Source: Eubacterium sp. (GTDB lineage: Bacteria; Bacillota; Clostridia; Lachnospirales; Lachnospiraceae). From it: a stretch of 64,000 bases of DNA. The notes under the pieces were generated by a model. It searched no databases, had not been told where the DNA came from, and was given only the letters and a program-made list of their open reading frames with translations. Below are positions 39,470 through 49,550 of the stretch, piece by piece. Each line of letters opens with the position of its first letter. The stretch's first letter is position 1. The stretch is from NCBI GenBank assembly GCA_017459945.1, contig JAFUBZ010000017.1, positions 23,258 to 87,257 of the forward strand, in the 5' to 3' direction. The translations under genes and the position numbers were made by a program.

Positions 39470-40540
39470 ATGCAAGCTAGTTTTCGCAAGGTGCGAAAGG
39501 CTTTGATTGCATGTGTTGTGTGTGCCGCTCTTTGTCCGGGTGTTCCGGCGATGGCGGAGACATTATCTTCACTTCAGGAGCAGTCAAACCAGCTGCAGCA
39601 GGAAGCATCTAGTGTGAACCAGGGCATTAGCGCACTTTCCGGGCAGATCGCATCGATTGAAGCTGATATCGAGACGGGGAACGATGAACTCGAAGCGACC
39701 CAGAACGATATCGAGATGACAAGAGAGCAGCTCGCGATCGCAAAAGCAAATGAAGCGATGCAGAAGGAAAAGACAGCGAATCAGATTCAGGTCATGTACG
39801 AAAAGGGAACGTACTCATCTCTGGATATGATCTTATCTTCTTCTTCGATGGCAGAGATCTTCAGTGCGATTGATGTTGCAAAGAACCTTGAAAAAACCTA
39901 TTCTGACCAGTTGGAAGAGTACAAGGCGATTCACAAAACGGTTGAAGAGCAGGAAAAAGTACTGGAAGAAAAAGAAGCAGCGCTGATCGAACAGCAGGAA
40001 GAGCTTGAAGCAAAGAAAGCCGACTTACAGTCAAAGCGCAGTGAGCTCGAATCACAGGCAGCTGCAGTTCAGGCTGATCTGAATCAGGTAAACGGCCAGA
40101 TTCAGGCAAAGAAGGAAGAGATTGCAGCAGAGCAGGCAAGGGCACGTGCAGCAGCGGAAGCTGAAGAACGTGCAAGACAGGCTGCAGCCGCACAGGCAGC
40201 AAGCAGCTCGTCAGGCAGCGATGATGGAGATTACAGCTACAGTTCATCTTCATCAAGTTATTCGACAAGCAGCGGTGGCCTGACAAAGTACAAAGGCGTT
40301 GTTTACTACGGCGGACATCGAGAGACCTATTACTCACAAAGGGTACTGCCGGGCGGCGGACTGAACATCCCGGGACGCCATGTTGCAGAGGATGGTACCA
40401 TTCGAGACGCGGATGGATATATCTGTGTTGCCAGCAGTGATCTGGCTGCGGGGACAGAGGTAGACACTTCCCTTGGAAAAGCGAAGGTATATGATTCCGG
40501 TTGCGCGAGTGGAACGGTCGATATCTACACAGACTGGTAA
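39470..40540 (+). CDS. Secreted PcsB/CwlO-like coiled-coil protein with C-terminal 3D-like domain (cell-wall remodelling)
   Basis: Signal peptide AMA|E, long coiled coil, MYEKG..LDMILSSSS, Ser linker, VYDSGC..VDIY. Confidence 0.72.
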   Translation: MQASFRKVRKALIACVVCAALCPGVPAMAETLSSLQEQSNQLQQEASSVNQGISALSGQIASIEADIETGNDELEATQNDIEMTREQLAIAKANEAMQKEKTANQIQVMYEKGTYSSLDMILSSSSMAEIFSAIDVAKNLEKTYSDQLEEYKAIHKTVEEQEKVLEEKEAALIEQQEELEAKKADLQSKRSELESQAAAVQADLNQVNGQIQAKKEEIAAEQARARAAAEAEERARQAAAAQAASSSSGSDDGDYSYSSSSSSYSTSSGGLTKYKGVVYYGGHRETYYSQRVLPGGGLNIPGRHVAEDGTIRDADGYICVASSDLAAGTEVDTSLGKAKVYDSGCASGTVDIYTDW

Positions 40541-40553
40541 AAGAGACAAAACG

Positions 40554-40591
40554 AAAAGAGATCTGAGAGGGAAACTTCTCAGATCTCTTTT
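40554..40591. terminator. Bidirectional intrinsic terminator
   Basis: aaaagagatctgag..ctcagatctctttt. Confidence 0.85.
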
Positions 40592-40626
40592 ATTTTACAT
40601 AATCATTTCAAATGCTTAAGACATTT

Positions 40627-41646
40627 CTAATTGGAAACGGTACTGAACGCATTTGCCGCAATGGAATCGACTTCTTCTGCAAGAGAAGCATATTCCTCAA
40701 CGGCACTTTCATCTTCCATATATGCCTGCATATCGGACGGGAAGCTGATATAGTAGTAGCCGCCGTCTCTTGCCAGCCCGACATTTTCTGCATTTTCAGA
40801 ATCTTCGCTGTCTTTTGAATAGTAAATGCCGAAAAGAACACCGCCGTCGCTGCCGTCATACTGCTGCCAGCCTTCGTGGCTTGCTGTATGATAGAACGTG
40901 ACATAGTCATCGCCCTTTACCATTGTGTATTTACCGCTCCAGTCCGGTGGGATCGTAACGACAAGGGCATCGCCGAAAATATATTCTGTTCCGTCACCTG
41001 TAGATTCCTGCTTATAGGAAAAATGCGAGGAGGATTTAGAAGCCTTGTCTGCACGTCCGTTCATCGGATCCTCCGGATCGCCGGATATGGTGCTCTCGGA
41101 GTCATTATCATCCGCACTTTCGCTATAAGATTCTGTCGCGTTTTCCCGCAGATTGATCGCGGCATCCCACAGATCTTCATCACCGATGATCAGGTAAATG
41201 CCATCCTTGCCGACAAGATTGTTATCGTTAAATTTGATGCTGTACTCCCTGCCGTCATTGTCAATGAAAGTAAAGGTCTGGTCGGCATTTGGTGCCTGGT
41301 CCGCGGTCAGCCCGGTTACGTTGATCTTATCGATCGCTCGAAAGACCTGTTCGATGATCTCAGGGTCAGTCGTATTATAGATCGATTCAGATTCGCCGAT
41401 GACATTGAGGCGGACACATTTCATATTGCTGACATCAAAGTTTGTACTGAGTGCAGCGGTCTCTTCATCCAGGAAATTCCAGATCGGACCGGTTTCTGCC
41501 AGATCATCGTCGGCACTGCTATCAACAGATGCCTGCCCGCTCGGTACAGGATCCAGTGAAGCCTTTTTGCCGCATCCGGCAAAGGCAAAGACCAGCGCGA
41601 AAGCCAATACAAGACAAAGTATTCTGCCAATATTCTTTTTTTGCAT
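40627..41646 (-). CDS. Hypothetical acidic lipoprotein
   Basis: Lipobox FAGC; aggagg RBS; last gene of the 47931-40627 run. Confidence 0.7.
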   Translation of the reverse strand: MQKKNIGRILCLVLAFALVFAFAGCGKKASLDPVPSGQASVDSSADDDLAETGPIWNFLDEETAALSTNFDVSNMKCVRLNVIGESESIYNTTDPEIIEQVFRAIDKINVTGLTADQAPNADQTFTFIDNDGREYSIKFNDNNLVGKDGIYLIIGDEDLWDAAINLRENATESYSESADDNDSESTISGDPEDPMNGRADKASKSSSHFSYKQESTGDGTEYIFGDALVVTIPPDWSGKYTMVKGDDYVTFYHTASHEGWQQYDGSDGGVLFGIYYSKDSEDSENAENVGLARDGGYYYISFPSDMQAYMEDESAVEEYASLAEEVDSIAANAFSTVSN

Positions 41647-41660
41647 CTTGGGAACCTCCT

Positions 41661-42611
41661 TTAGCTTTTGATCTCTCCGCGTTCGCAGCGGTTCCCCCAG
41701 GAATCGATGAGTTCGCCGTCTCTGTAAACACAGATGATCTCACAATGGTTCGGACAGTTTTCACAGATCACTTCCCGTGTGACAAATTCCATTTCAGCAA
41801 CGTCAAACGAGAAGGGCCTTTCAATTCCGCTTCCGTGTGCGAGAATCGCAGCGCCATAGCATCCCATCAGATGACCGTTTTCATCCACGATGATCTCTTC
41901 ACCAAGGGAATCGGCAAAAGCACGGACCACGCCTTCGTTTTTGCTGACACCACCCTGGAATACGATCGGCGGCAGGATCTTTTTGCCCTTTCCGATATTA
42001 TTCAGATAATTATTTGCGACAGCATTGCAGAGGCCTGCGATGATGTCTTCTTTTTTATGTCCCATCTGGATCTTGTGGACCAGATCGGATTCTGCGAATA
42101 CAGTACATCTTGCTGCGATCGGCGTCGGGTTCTTGCTTCCCAATGCGATCTTGCCAAATTCTTCAACATCTACGCCGAGGCGTCTTGCCTGGCTGGTCAA
42201 AAAGGAACCGGTGCCGGCCGCGCAAAGGGTGTTCATTGCATAGTCGACAGCAACGCCGTCTTCGACACAGATGATCTTCGAGTCCTGCCCGCCGATCTCT
42301 AAGATCGTACGAACATCCGGATGCAGTGTTGTTGTGCCGACTGCATGTGCGGTGATCTCATTTTTGACGATGCTGGCATTGCACATCGCACCGACCAGTT
42401 TTCTCGCACTTCCGGTTGTACCGGCAGCAACGACTGTCCACTCATTTAAATCGATCTGCGAAGCCAGTTCCTGGATCACCTTTTTGGATGCGCCAAGCGG
42501 ATTGCCCTCTGTCCAGAGGTAAACGCTTGCAAGGATATTATGTTCTTCGTCTATGATGACGCCTTTTGTGGAAATGGAACCGATGTCGATTCCAAGGTAT
42601 GCCTTTTTCAT
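41661..42611 (-). CDS. Acyl-CoA dehydratase activase (BadF/HgdC ASKHA ATPase) with C-terminal Cys motif
   Basis: GIDIGSISTK, NEITAH, EIGGQDSK, CAAGTGSF, RCTVFAESD, GGVSKN; tail CENCPNHC..GNRCE. Confidence 0.88.
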   Translation of the reverse strand: MKKAYLGIDIGSISTKGVIIDEEHNILASVYLWTEGNPLGASKKVIQELASQIDLNEWTVVAAGTTGSARKLVGAMCNASIVKNEITAHAVGTTTLHPDVRTILEIGGQDSKIICVEDGVAVDYAMNTLCAAGTGSFLTSQARRLGVDVEEFGKIALGSKNPTPIAARCTVFAESDLVHKIQMGHKKEDIIAGLCNAVANNYLNNIGKGKKILPPIVFQGGVSKNEGVVRAFADSLGEEIIVDENGHLMGCYGAAILAHGSGIERPFSFDVAEMEFVTREVICENCPNHCEIICVYRDGELIDSWGNRCERGEIKS

Positions 42612-43756
42612 GATTGTCTGGCCTCTTTTCTCATTGAAATCATATCATAAAACGCTTCTGCACGTGTTTCGATACCGGTATCACTGCTCTGTGTGTCATA
42701 GGAAAGATACAGGATCGGAATCTTATAATCTGCGCTGACGTTGTGGAGAACCGGTATCGCATCCATCTCCGGCGTACAGCCGAAGGATTTGACATGTACC
42801 AGTCCGTCAAACCCGCTGGCAGCGTAATGGTCTGCCATGGCGATCGTTGCCACAGAGGATGCGCCCATGTCTTCAGAAACATATTTTCTGATTTTTTTCC
42901 GTTGGCTGTCTACCCAGATCGAAGACGGGAACCGCTTCAGATCGTAGCGTGCGTAAGAACGCAGCATATCGAGTGCGTTGTCATCCGGGCAGGAGAGGAC
43001 GCTGTGGGATAAGTTCATCCATCTGTGTACCTCGGCTCCCATCATGGCGATCTTTTTTTCAATCTCATGATTGGAAAACGGATCCATGATGGTGAAATAC
43101 TCGCCAATGATCCCGACGCGAACAGGATCATCCGGTTTATGCACGGGCAGACGTGAAAAACTGCGCATGGTCAGTTCATAGATTTCTTCCACTTCTTTTA
43201 ACGTCTCTGCTTTGCGCAGTTCGGAAAGAAAGTGTTTGTAAATCTTTTCAAAAGACCCGGGGATGTCTTCAAAGCCCATGTTCTTGCGCAGGTAATCCTC
43301 GACTTTATCAATCGAAGTGATCATCTTGGCAACGGTCGGAATCACCTTTCCGATCTGTGCCCATTTCCTTTTGGGCGCATATTTTTTGATTCCGCCCAGA
43401 ATCCCCATGATTCCGCCATACTGTGCAAGTGTCAGGTTCATGATCTTAAAATCATAGCCTAAATCCTTCAGGATCTGCTCGTGCAGCTCGCCGTAATAAC
43501 CCAGACGGCAGGTCCCGCCGGTCTGAATGATGACATTTGCGCCTTTTTCCAGAGCCTCAATGTAGCAGCCCATCATGCATTTAAACGGGGCGCAGACATA
43601 GTCAGGGCTGTGCTTTGCACCAAGCTCAATGGTCTGTTTTGTCATCGGAGGCGGTGAGGTATAGGCAAGTCCAAGACCTTTTCGTACCAGAAAACCGATG
43701 GGGATGTCATAGTTGCCCAATTGCGGGTAAGTCAGATTATATGGTTTTGCGGACAT
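42608..43756 (-). CDS. 2-hydroxyacyl-CoA dehydratase/reductase-like subunit (PlsR-like)
   Basis: VCAPFK, GGTCRLGYYG, IIGEYF, KSFGCTPE, TRAEAF. Confidence 0.72.
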   Translation of the reverse strand: MSAKPYNLTYPQLGNYDIPIGFLVRKGLGLAYTSPPPMTKQTIELGAKHSPDYVCAPFKCMMGCYIEALEKGANVIIQTGGTCRLGYYGELHEQILKDLGYDFKIMNLTLAQYGGIMGILGGIKKYAPKRKWAQIGKVIPTVAKMITSIDKVEDYLRKNMGFEDIPGSFEKIYKHFLSELRKAETLKEVEEIYELTMRSFSRLPVHKPDDPVRVGIIGEYFTIMDPFSNHEIEKKIAMMGAEVHRWMNLSHSVLSCPDDNALDMLRSYARYDLKRFPSSIWVDSQRKKIRKYVSEDMGASSVATIAMADHYAASGFDGLVHVKSFGCTPEMDAIPVLHNVSADYKIPILYLSYDTQSSDTGIETRAEAFYDMISMRKEARQS

Positions 43757-44674
43757 TTATTGTTCCACCTCTTTTCGGAATCGGATGATATCAATAAAGC
43801 TCTCCAGTCTGGTATCGATGCCGGCATTGCCGTCCTGTGAATCCAGCAGGAGATTTAAGATCGGCACGTGAGAGATGCGCCGGATGATCATTTCATTGAC
43901 CATGGAGTCCGGCCCGCACGGGAATGCGGTGATCAGCACGATCCCGTCGATCTTATCACGATATGTCTGGATCGCGCCAAGCAGCTCTCTGCTGACGACC
44001 CACGGTACGTGCTTGGCGATCTCTGAAGCTCTGCTTCTGGCTTCTCTGGGATCAATGCCGTCAGAACAGATCGGGACAGCATCCAGATTCCGGATGCTTT
44101 TGATGATCGGTGCACCGATGTATTCATCGTAGAGATTGTACGGATGGCTTGCGACCAGGACTTTGATGCCTTCTTTTTTTAACAATGTGCGGTTGATCTC
44201 GGTCTTTTTCCGGAAGGAGTCCATCTGCGCAGCCATTCCTGCTTCGTAAGCGGCCTGTGCTTTTTCGCGACTGGCCCCAAGCTGCATGCCAAGATTCAGA
44301 TAGGCACGTTTTGCCGAAGTATGCTGCTCCGGATCGATATTGATACGAAGAATGCGCAGATCAGATTCCCGGAACATATTCCTGCACATGTCAGGAAGTG
44401 CCTCAAAGCGGGAGCAGAAGCGTCCTGCATCCCCCAGATTGGCAATCCGCGGAACAAAGCAATAGTCGCATTTGCCTTCGAGTGCAGCTACATGTCCGAA
44501 AAACAGCTTGGTGGAGAGGCAGTTTTCATCAATGGAAAGCTGTTCTCCCTTTGTCAGGATATCTTTGTTGGTACGGGGACTGATGACAGTCTCGTGTCCG
44601 AGCTCCCGGAAAAATGTTTCCCATAAGATCCCGTACCGATAGTATAAAAGTGCCCGTGGTATTCCGATTTTCAT
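43757..44674 (-). CDS. DUF2229 CoA-activase-related protein
   Basis: MKIGIPRAL, ENCLSTK..GHV, FCSRF, HPYN, FPCGPDS, TRLESF. Confidence 0.78.
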   Translation of the reverse strand: MKIGIPRALLYYRYGILWETFFRELGHETVISPRTNKDILTKGEQLSIDENCLSTKLFFGHVAALEGKCDYCFVPRIANLGDAGRFCSRFEALPDMCRNMFRESDLRILRINIDPEQHTSAKRAYLNLGMQLGASREKAQAAYEAGMAAQMDSFRKKTEINRTLLKKEGIKVLVASHPYNLYDEYIGAPIIKSIRNLDAVPICSDGIDPREARSRASEIAKHVPWVVSRELLGAIQTYRDKIDGIVLITAFPCGPDSMVNEMIIRRISHVPILNLLLDSQDGNAGIDTRLESFIDIIRFRKEVEQ

Positions 44675-44709
44675 AGTATCATCTCTTTACAGTCAGTATC
44701 CGGCAGGGT

Positions 44710-47700
44710 TCAAGATTTGGCCGGAATATAGCCCAGTTTCGCAAAGTGCTTTAAGTAAGCGGCAATCCGTTTCCGGTCGATCGCCGGACAGGTAATACCT
44801 GTGCCGTTTAACAGGAGACTGGTGTTAGAAGTGTCGTAGGTCGTATTCTTTCCGATGAAGTGTCTTAAGATACCGGGGTTGGTATCTGTGCCGGATTCAA
44901 ACAGGCACTCCAGGATCGCGAGTGAATTGTCGCTGGAGTTGGCTGATTTGAGCATGCTTCTCCACCGGAGGAATGTGATATAGCGGATCGGATATCCGCA
45001 TTGTCTGATCATGTTGACCAGATTTCTTGCACGCAGCGGATACGGGTTGATGACATTAAATGCATGTCCGATCGCTTCCGACCGCGTGGATATATAGGCA
45101 ATGGCATCGGCAACATAATCCACCGGTGTCATATGCATACAATAGGTAGTGTGCGGGATACATCCCATCTGGATCATACCGACGATCATGCGGCTGACCA
45201 TATCTTCGAGTGCCCAGATGCCGTTTTCGGCGCCTGTGATATCTCCCGGACGGTAGATGACGGCATGCAGGTTTCTCGAACGCGCGATTCCGACCAGTTT
45301 TTCGGAGACCCATTTGGTCTCGGAATAGGCAAGTGAAAAACCGGTTGATACCCGGAGCGGATCATTTTCATAGACGCGCTTGCCCAGGTGATTTGGCGTA
45401 TCATAGACACTATAGGAAGAAATATAGTGGTAATATTTTGGCTTTCCATCACATGCAAAGCGAAGTGTCTCAACGGTACCTGTTACGTTTGTCCCACGCA
45501 GGTATTCATACGGGAATACAAAGTTCAACAGTGCGCCATTATGGAATACGGCATCGACTTCATTGGTCAATGTCTCATATACATCATCTGCCATACCAAG
45601 GCGTACGGCGGAGAGATCGCCTGTAACAGGGCGCAGGTAAGCATCAAATCCTTCTTCCCAGCATTCAAAGTGCTTCATGTTATTGATCAGGCGCTCCATG
45701 GCTGCTTCTGTCGAGTCAGAGCGGACCAGACAATAGATACACAGGTCATCGCTTTGATAATGACGGATCAGTGCACGGATCAGATACGCGCCTAAGAAGC
45801 CTGTCGCACCGGTCAAAAGGATACGGCTGCTTTCGCTGATCGTTTTCTGATAAGGCTCATCGATCCGGATGGATTCGTCCAGAACGCATTCCTTGCGCAG
45901 AGAAACTCTGTGTCTTGTAGGGGTGACGCCTGCCAGAACCTTGTGAATATAATTTGTTACACCGATCACGGAAGAATCTGTCAGGATCTCCCGAAGGTCT
46001 AACTGTATTCCGAACTTTTTCTCCATGTTCTGGAGAAGCTCGTATCCCATCAGAGAGTCCCCGCCAAGCTCCAGGAAGGAGTCGGAGAGGTTAAAGTGCT
46101 CAATGCGCAGAACCCGCTCAAACACGGACTTAACCTGCATCATTACTTCGTCTGCCATATCGATGGACTTATCGATCACAGTTTGTTTCCCGCGTCCCAT
46201 CCGATAAGCATGACTGGAATGAATGATCTTCAGACCTCCTTCAACATAAAGCTTTTTCGTCTTGGAAATCTGCAGTTTGTTGCTGTCTGTACGCGGCAGA
46301 GAGCGGACCGGAACGAAGATGATGTCATAAAACGAAAACCCAAACCGCTCTGATACGGCGTTATTGATCTGTGAAACCCGTTTGTCAAAGTCTTCCTCCG
46401 GGCTGGATTCCACAACAGCAATGATGTTTTCTTTCGTTTCATCCTTGACAGAGAAAAATCCCATCGTGGAAGAACCAAGCCCCGGTACTTTTTTATGGAT
46501 CAGAGTCATCAGGTCGCTCGGATAGATGTTATGCCCGTTTACGATCAGCATCTCCTTGATGCGCCCTGTGATATACAGAATGCCGTCATTTAAAAAGCCG
46601 AGGTCCCCGGTTTTATAAAACTCTTCCTGACGTCCGTTCAGTTTGCAATGGAAGTTTTTGTTGGCCGATATGCCGCCCCAGTATCCGTCTGCAACACTTT
46701 CGCCTGTGACAAAAATCTCGCCGATCTTGTTTTCTGGATAAACCTCGCCGGTCTTCGGATTACCGATCGCAAAAGAAAGGCCTTCTACGGCAGGCCCAAC
46801 ACCAACGATCTCGTGGATCTGCTCCGGCGGCGTATCTTCTGTGACCGGTATGATCCTTCCGTCGCGGAACGGTTCGTCCTCGAGAAGGAGTGTACGGTAA
46901 TCGCGGGAAGCGACACTTGCCAGGCAGATACATTCGGAAAGTCCGTAGCCGGGCGCCATGGCATTCGGCGCCAGATTGAACATCTCAGAAAAACGCTCAA
47001 CAATGACCGGACTGATGTATTCGGAACCGTTCATCAGATGCGTCATGTGGGAAAGGTCATACAGGGCAGCCTCTTCCGGTGTAAAAATACGGGTACATGC
47101 ATCATATGCAGAGCATGGCCCGACCGTCAGCGTCAGCTTGAAGTCTGAAAGCATCCGGATCCAGAGCTTTGGATTGGACAAAAACTGAAGCGTCGACAAA
47201 AAGTATGCAGTAGACCCTGTCGTCAGGACCGGCATTAAGAGCGTAATGACAAGTCCGAGATTGTGGAAAAACGGAACCCAGGTTCCCAGTGTCGCATGAT
47301 CGAAATGTGTGTAATCAGCAGATCGGCACTGCGCAAGCTGTGTCATCAGTGCACGACTGGTGACACGGACGCCTTTTGGCGCGCTCGTAGAACCGGAAGT
47401 GTACTGAAGATACATCAGATCATCCGGCTTGGCGGAATAGGTGATCCCGGAATCCCGGCAGGGGATCAGTTTGTCTGAATAGATCCGCTTTAAGCGGACA
47501 ACAGAAGAAAACGCCTCTGCCATAAGACGCTTTGTGATATTCGTGCCGGCTTGCTGTTCCATGGCATAATTCGAGATCAGCCCCTTCGGATGAGCGGATT
47601 TTAAAACGGAGATGAACCGTTCAATCTTCCCTTCATCGATCGGCGGCGGTAAGATCGTAAAAGTCACGCCAGCGAGGATGCAGCCCATGACGGAATACAG

Positions 47701-47931
47701 CGTCGAATAGTCCTGCATTGAAAAAATGACAACTCTGTCACCGTGACGGATGCCGCGTTTTCGCATGGTATAAGCCAGGTCCATGGACTTCTGGTACAGG
47801 TCACGTACCGTGATGTCCTGAAACTGCCAGCTGTCGGTTTCTTTTTCATAAGTAAGGAACCGGTAAAGTACCCAGTCTGGATCCTGTTTTACCCGCTCCT
47901 TAAAACAATCGGTATAAGATTTATATTCCAT
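44710..47931 (-). CDS. Fatty acyl-AMP ligase - ACP - thioester reductase (A-T-R, CAR-like) enzyme
   Basis: YLQYTSGSTSAPKGV, GYGLSE, KTGDLG, GRIKE..NIYP; carrier LGGDSL; R domain TGATGFLG, YSETK, YRPG. Confidence 0.88.
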   Translation of the reverse strand: MEYKSYTDCFKERVKQDPDWVLYRFLTYEKETDSWQFQDITVRDLYQKSMDLAYTMRKRGIRHGDRVVIFSMQDYSTLYSVMGCILAGVTFTILPPPIDEGKIERFISVLKSAHPKGLISNYAMEQQAGTNITKRLMAEAFSSVVRLKRIYSDKLIPCRDSGITYSAKPDDLMYLQYTSGSTSAPKGVRVTSRALMTQLAQCRSADYTHFDHATLGTWVPFFHNLGLVITLLMPVLTTGSTAYFLSTLQFLSNPKLWIRMLSDFKLTLTVGPCSAYDACTRIFTPEEAALYDLSHMTHLMNGSEYISPVIVERFSEMFNLAPNAMAPGYGLSECICLASVASRDYRTLLLEDEPFRDGRIIPVTEDTPPEQIHEIVGVGPAVEGLSFAIGNPKTGEVYPENKIGEIFVTGESVADGYWGGISANKNFHCKLNGRQEEFYKTGDLGFLNDGILYITGRIKEMLIVNGHNIYPSDLMTLIHKKVPGLGSSTMGFFSVKDETKENIIAVVESSPEEDFDKRVSQINNAVSERFGFSFYDIIFVPVRSLPRTDSNKLQISKTKKLYVEGGLKIIHSSHAYRMGRGKQTVIDKSIDMADEVMMQVKSVFERVLRIEHFNLSDSFLELGGDSLMGYELLQNMEKKFGIQLDLREILTDSSVIGVTNYIHKVLAGVTPTRHRVSLRKECVLDESIRIDEPYQKTISESSRILLTGATGFLGAYLIRALIRHYQSDDLCIYCLVRSDSTEAAMERLINNMKHFECWEEGFDAYLRPVTGDLSAVRLGMADDVYETLTNEVDAVFHNGALLNFVFPYEYLRGTNVTGTVETLRFACDGKPKYYHYISSYSVYDTPNHLGKRVYENDPLRVSTGFSLAYSETKWVSEKLVGIARSRNLHAVIYRPGDITGAENGIWALEDMVSRMIVGMIQMGCIPHTTYCMHMTPVDYVADAIAYISTRSEAIGHAFNVINPYPLRARNLVNMIRQCGYPIRYITFLRWRSMLKSANSSDNSLAILECLFESGTDTNPGILRHFIGKNTTYDTSNTSLLLNGTGITCPAIDRKRIAAYLKHFAKLGYIPAKS

Positions 47932-47984
47932 ATCAGTTTGCTTTCATCATACCCCTGTCACAACATGTGTCCCTACTAAATATA

Positions 47985-48013
47985 ATAGTAATCGATTCAC
48001 CTCATGTATTCAA
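47985..48013 (-). promoter_or_regulatory. sigmaA-like promoter for the FAAL operon
   Basis: TTGAAT-17bp-TACTAT on the minus strand. Confidence 0.55.
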
Positions 48014-48037
48014 GTAAATTAAGTATAAAAAAGCATA

Positions 48038-48074
48038 GAAAAACTGCCGCATCTACAGAGCAGATACGGCAGTT
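48038..48074 (-). terminator. Terminator after ferredoxin
   Basis: aactgccg..cggcagtt stem with T-tract on the minus strand. Confidence 0.65.
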
Positions 48075-48092
48075 ATCTTAAACAGTCTGAAA

Positions 48093-48263
48093 TTATGCTT
48101 CAGCGATAGCGCCCATCGGGCATGTGCCTTCACAAGCACCGCAATCGATGCAGGAATCACCGTCGATTTCATACTTGCCGTCGCCTTCAGCGATAGCGTC
48201 AACCGGACAAGAGTCAGCACAAGCACCACAAGCGATGCAGTCGTCAGAAATCATTCTAGCCAT
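48093..48263 (-). CDS. 2[4Fe-4S] clostridial ferredoxin
   Basis: 56 aa; CIACGAC..CP and CIDCGAC..CP; aaggaggt RBS. Confidence 0.93.
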   Translation of the reverse strand: MARMISDDCIACGACADSCPVDAIAEGDGKYEIDGDSCIDCGACEGTCPMGAIAEA

Positions 48264-48499
48264 TGATGTTACCTCCTTAATTAGTTTAAACATACTTGAT
48301 GAAAAGCAAAAATGCTTTTTCTCATAATAATACAATGGTTATAAAAATGCAAGTTGTTGGGTTGCTTTTTTTTTAGGGGTGTACTATACTAAAACCGCAT
48401 TTGGAAAGCAGGACTTTTAAGAATAGTATAAGCATGTTTTTCAGATCATTGAAAAGGCATAGAGGAGCCTGACAGGCAATTTTGATGGAGGATAATGAG

Positions 48500-48706
48500 A
48501 TGGCTAAAGTAGAAGTTACAAAAGAAACACTGATCGGTGATCTGCTTCGTATTGATGCAGGAATCGCACCGGTACTTTTAGATATCGGTATGCATTGCCT
48601 TGGATGCCCGTCTTCACAGATGGAAAGCATCGGAGAAGCTGCTATGGTTCACGGCATTGATCCGGATGAACTCGTAGACCGCATCAACAAGAACATCCAG
48701 GCGTAA
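48500..48706 (+). CDS. DUF1858 domain protein
   Basis: GMHCLGCPSSQMESIGEAAMVHG; ggagg RBS. Confidence 0.85.
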   Translation: MAKVEVTKETLIGDLLRIDAGIAPVLLDIGMHCLGCPSSQMESIGEAAMVHGIDPDELVDRINKNIQA

Positions 48707-48749
48707 GTGATACGTTTGTCTGCGAAAAGACAGTAAAAGCAAAGTAATA

Positions 48750-48785
48750 AAAAGCCGGTATATGTTTTGGCATATACCGGCTTTT
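48750..48785. terminator. Bidirectional terminator
   Basis: aaaagccggtatatg-ttttgg-catataccggctttt. Confidence 0.85.
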
Positions 48786-48814
48786 ATCATTCTTATATCA
48801 ACTCCGGACAGGGA

Positions 48815-49543
48815 TCAGATCTTTGCAAGATTCTGTAATGCTTCATTCCGGAAAACGGCCCTGTAATGTTCGATGCAATATCCCTCGCGGCCGGCGGAAT
48901 ATTTTTCCTGCTGCAGGTATTTGGCAGCGGTGTGGAGAACCTTGTCAAAATCGATCCGGCTGTGACTGCCCTGGTGCAGCACAAGATAATACCGGCTGTT
49001 TGCCGCATCATGATAAAGCGTGTTTTGGGCATCATAAAAACCGGACAGCTGATGTGCCAGCAAAATGGCAGCATCCATATCCGTAAAGGAAAACAGTCCG
49101 TTTGATGTGTCGGCATTGTTTTTATGCGTGTTCACATTCGCCTGTCTGGAAGCAGAGTTCTTTTTTCCGTTGTGGATCTGTGCGATCAGTCCGGACAAAT
49201 CCGTAAAGGGTGCAGCTTCCGGCTTGTCGGCATCCGCATCGGACTTTGCGGAACCGTCATGGGAAAAGCTGGAGAATCTCGTATCCAGCTCATCCGGTGC
49301 ATCGACCTTTGAGATGATCAGCATGATCGCTTCTTTTGAAAGAGGAATCGCTTCGATCATCAGAGGAATATCCTCTGCATCAAATCCAAACTCATCTGCA
49401 GCCTGCTTCATCATATCGCGAAAAAGTGACTTTGCTTTCTCGGAACCATAGGTAAGTTCACTTAAATTGATCTGCCGGCTTTCTAAATCTTCCCGCGTTA
49501 ATGTACAGCGGATCTGGTGTTCATTAATCATTTCTATCTTCAT
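48815..49543 (-). CDS. mecA: ClpC adaptor MecA
   Basis: MKIEMINEHQIRCTLTREDL, PLMIEAIP, C-terminal YYLVL..EH..AL. Confidence 0.85.
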   Translation of the reverse strand: MKIEMINEHQIRCTLTREDLESRQINLSELTYGSEKAKSLFRDMMKQAADEFGFDAEDIPLMIEAIPLSKEAIMLIISKVDAPDELDTRFSSFSHDGSAKSDADADKPEAAPFTDLSGLIAQIHNGKKNSASRQANVNTHKNNADTSNGLFSFTDMDAAILLAHQLSGFYDAQNTLYHDAANSRYYLVLHQGSHSRIDFDKVLHTAAKYLQQEKYSAGREGYCIEHYRAVFRNEALQNLAKI

Positions 49544-49550
49544 ACTTGAA

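Noticed and set aside
44710-47931. NRPS/PKS secondary-metabolite assembly line
   Set aside because: No condensation or ketosynthase domains nearby; the protein is a single A-T-R module of fatty-acyl type.
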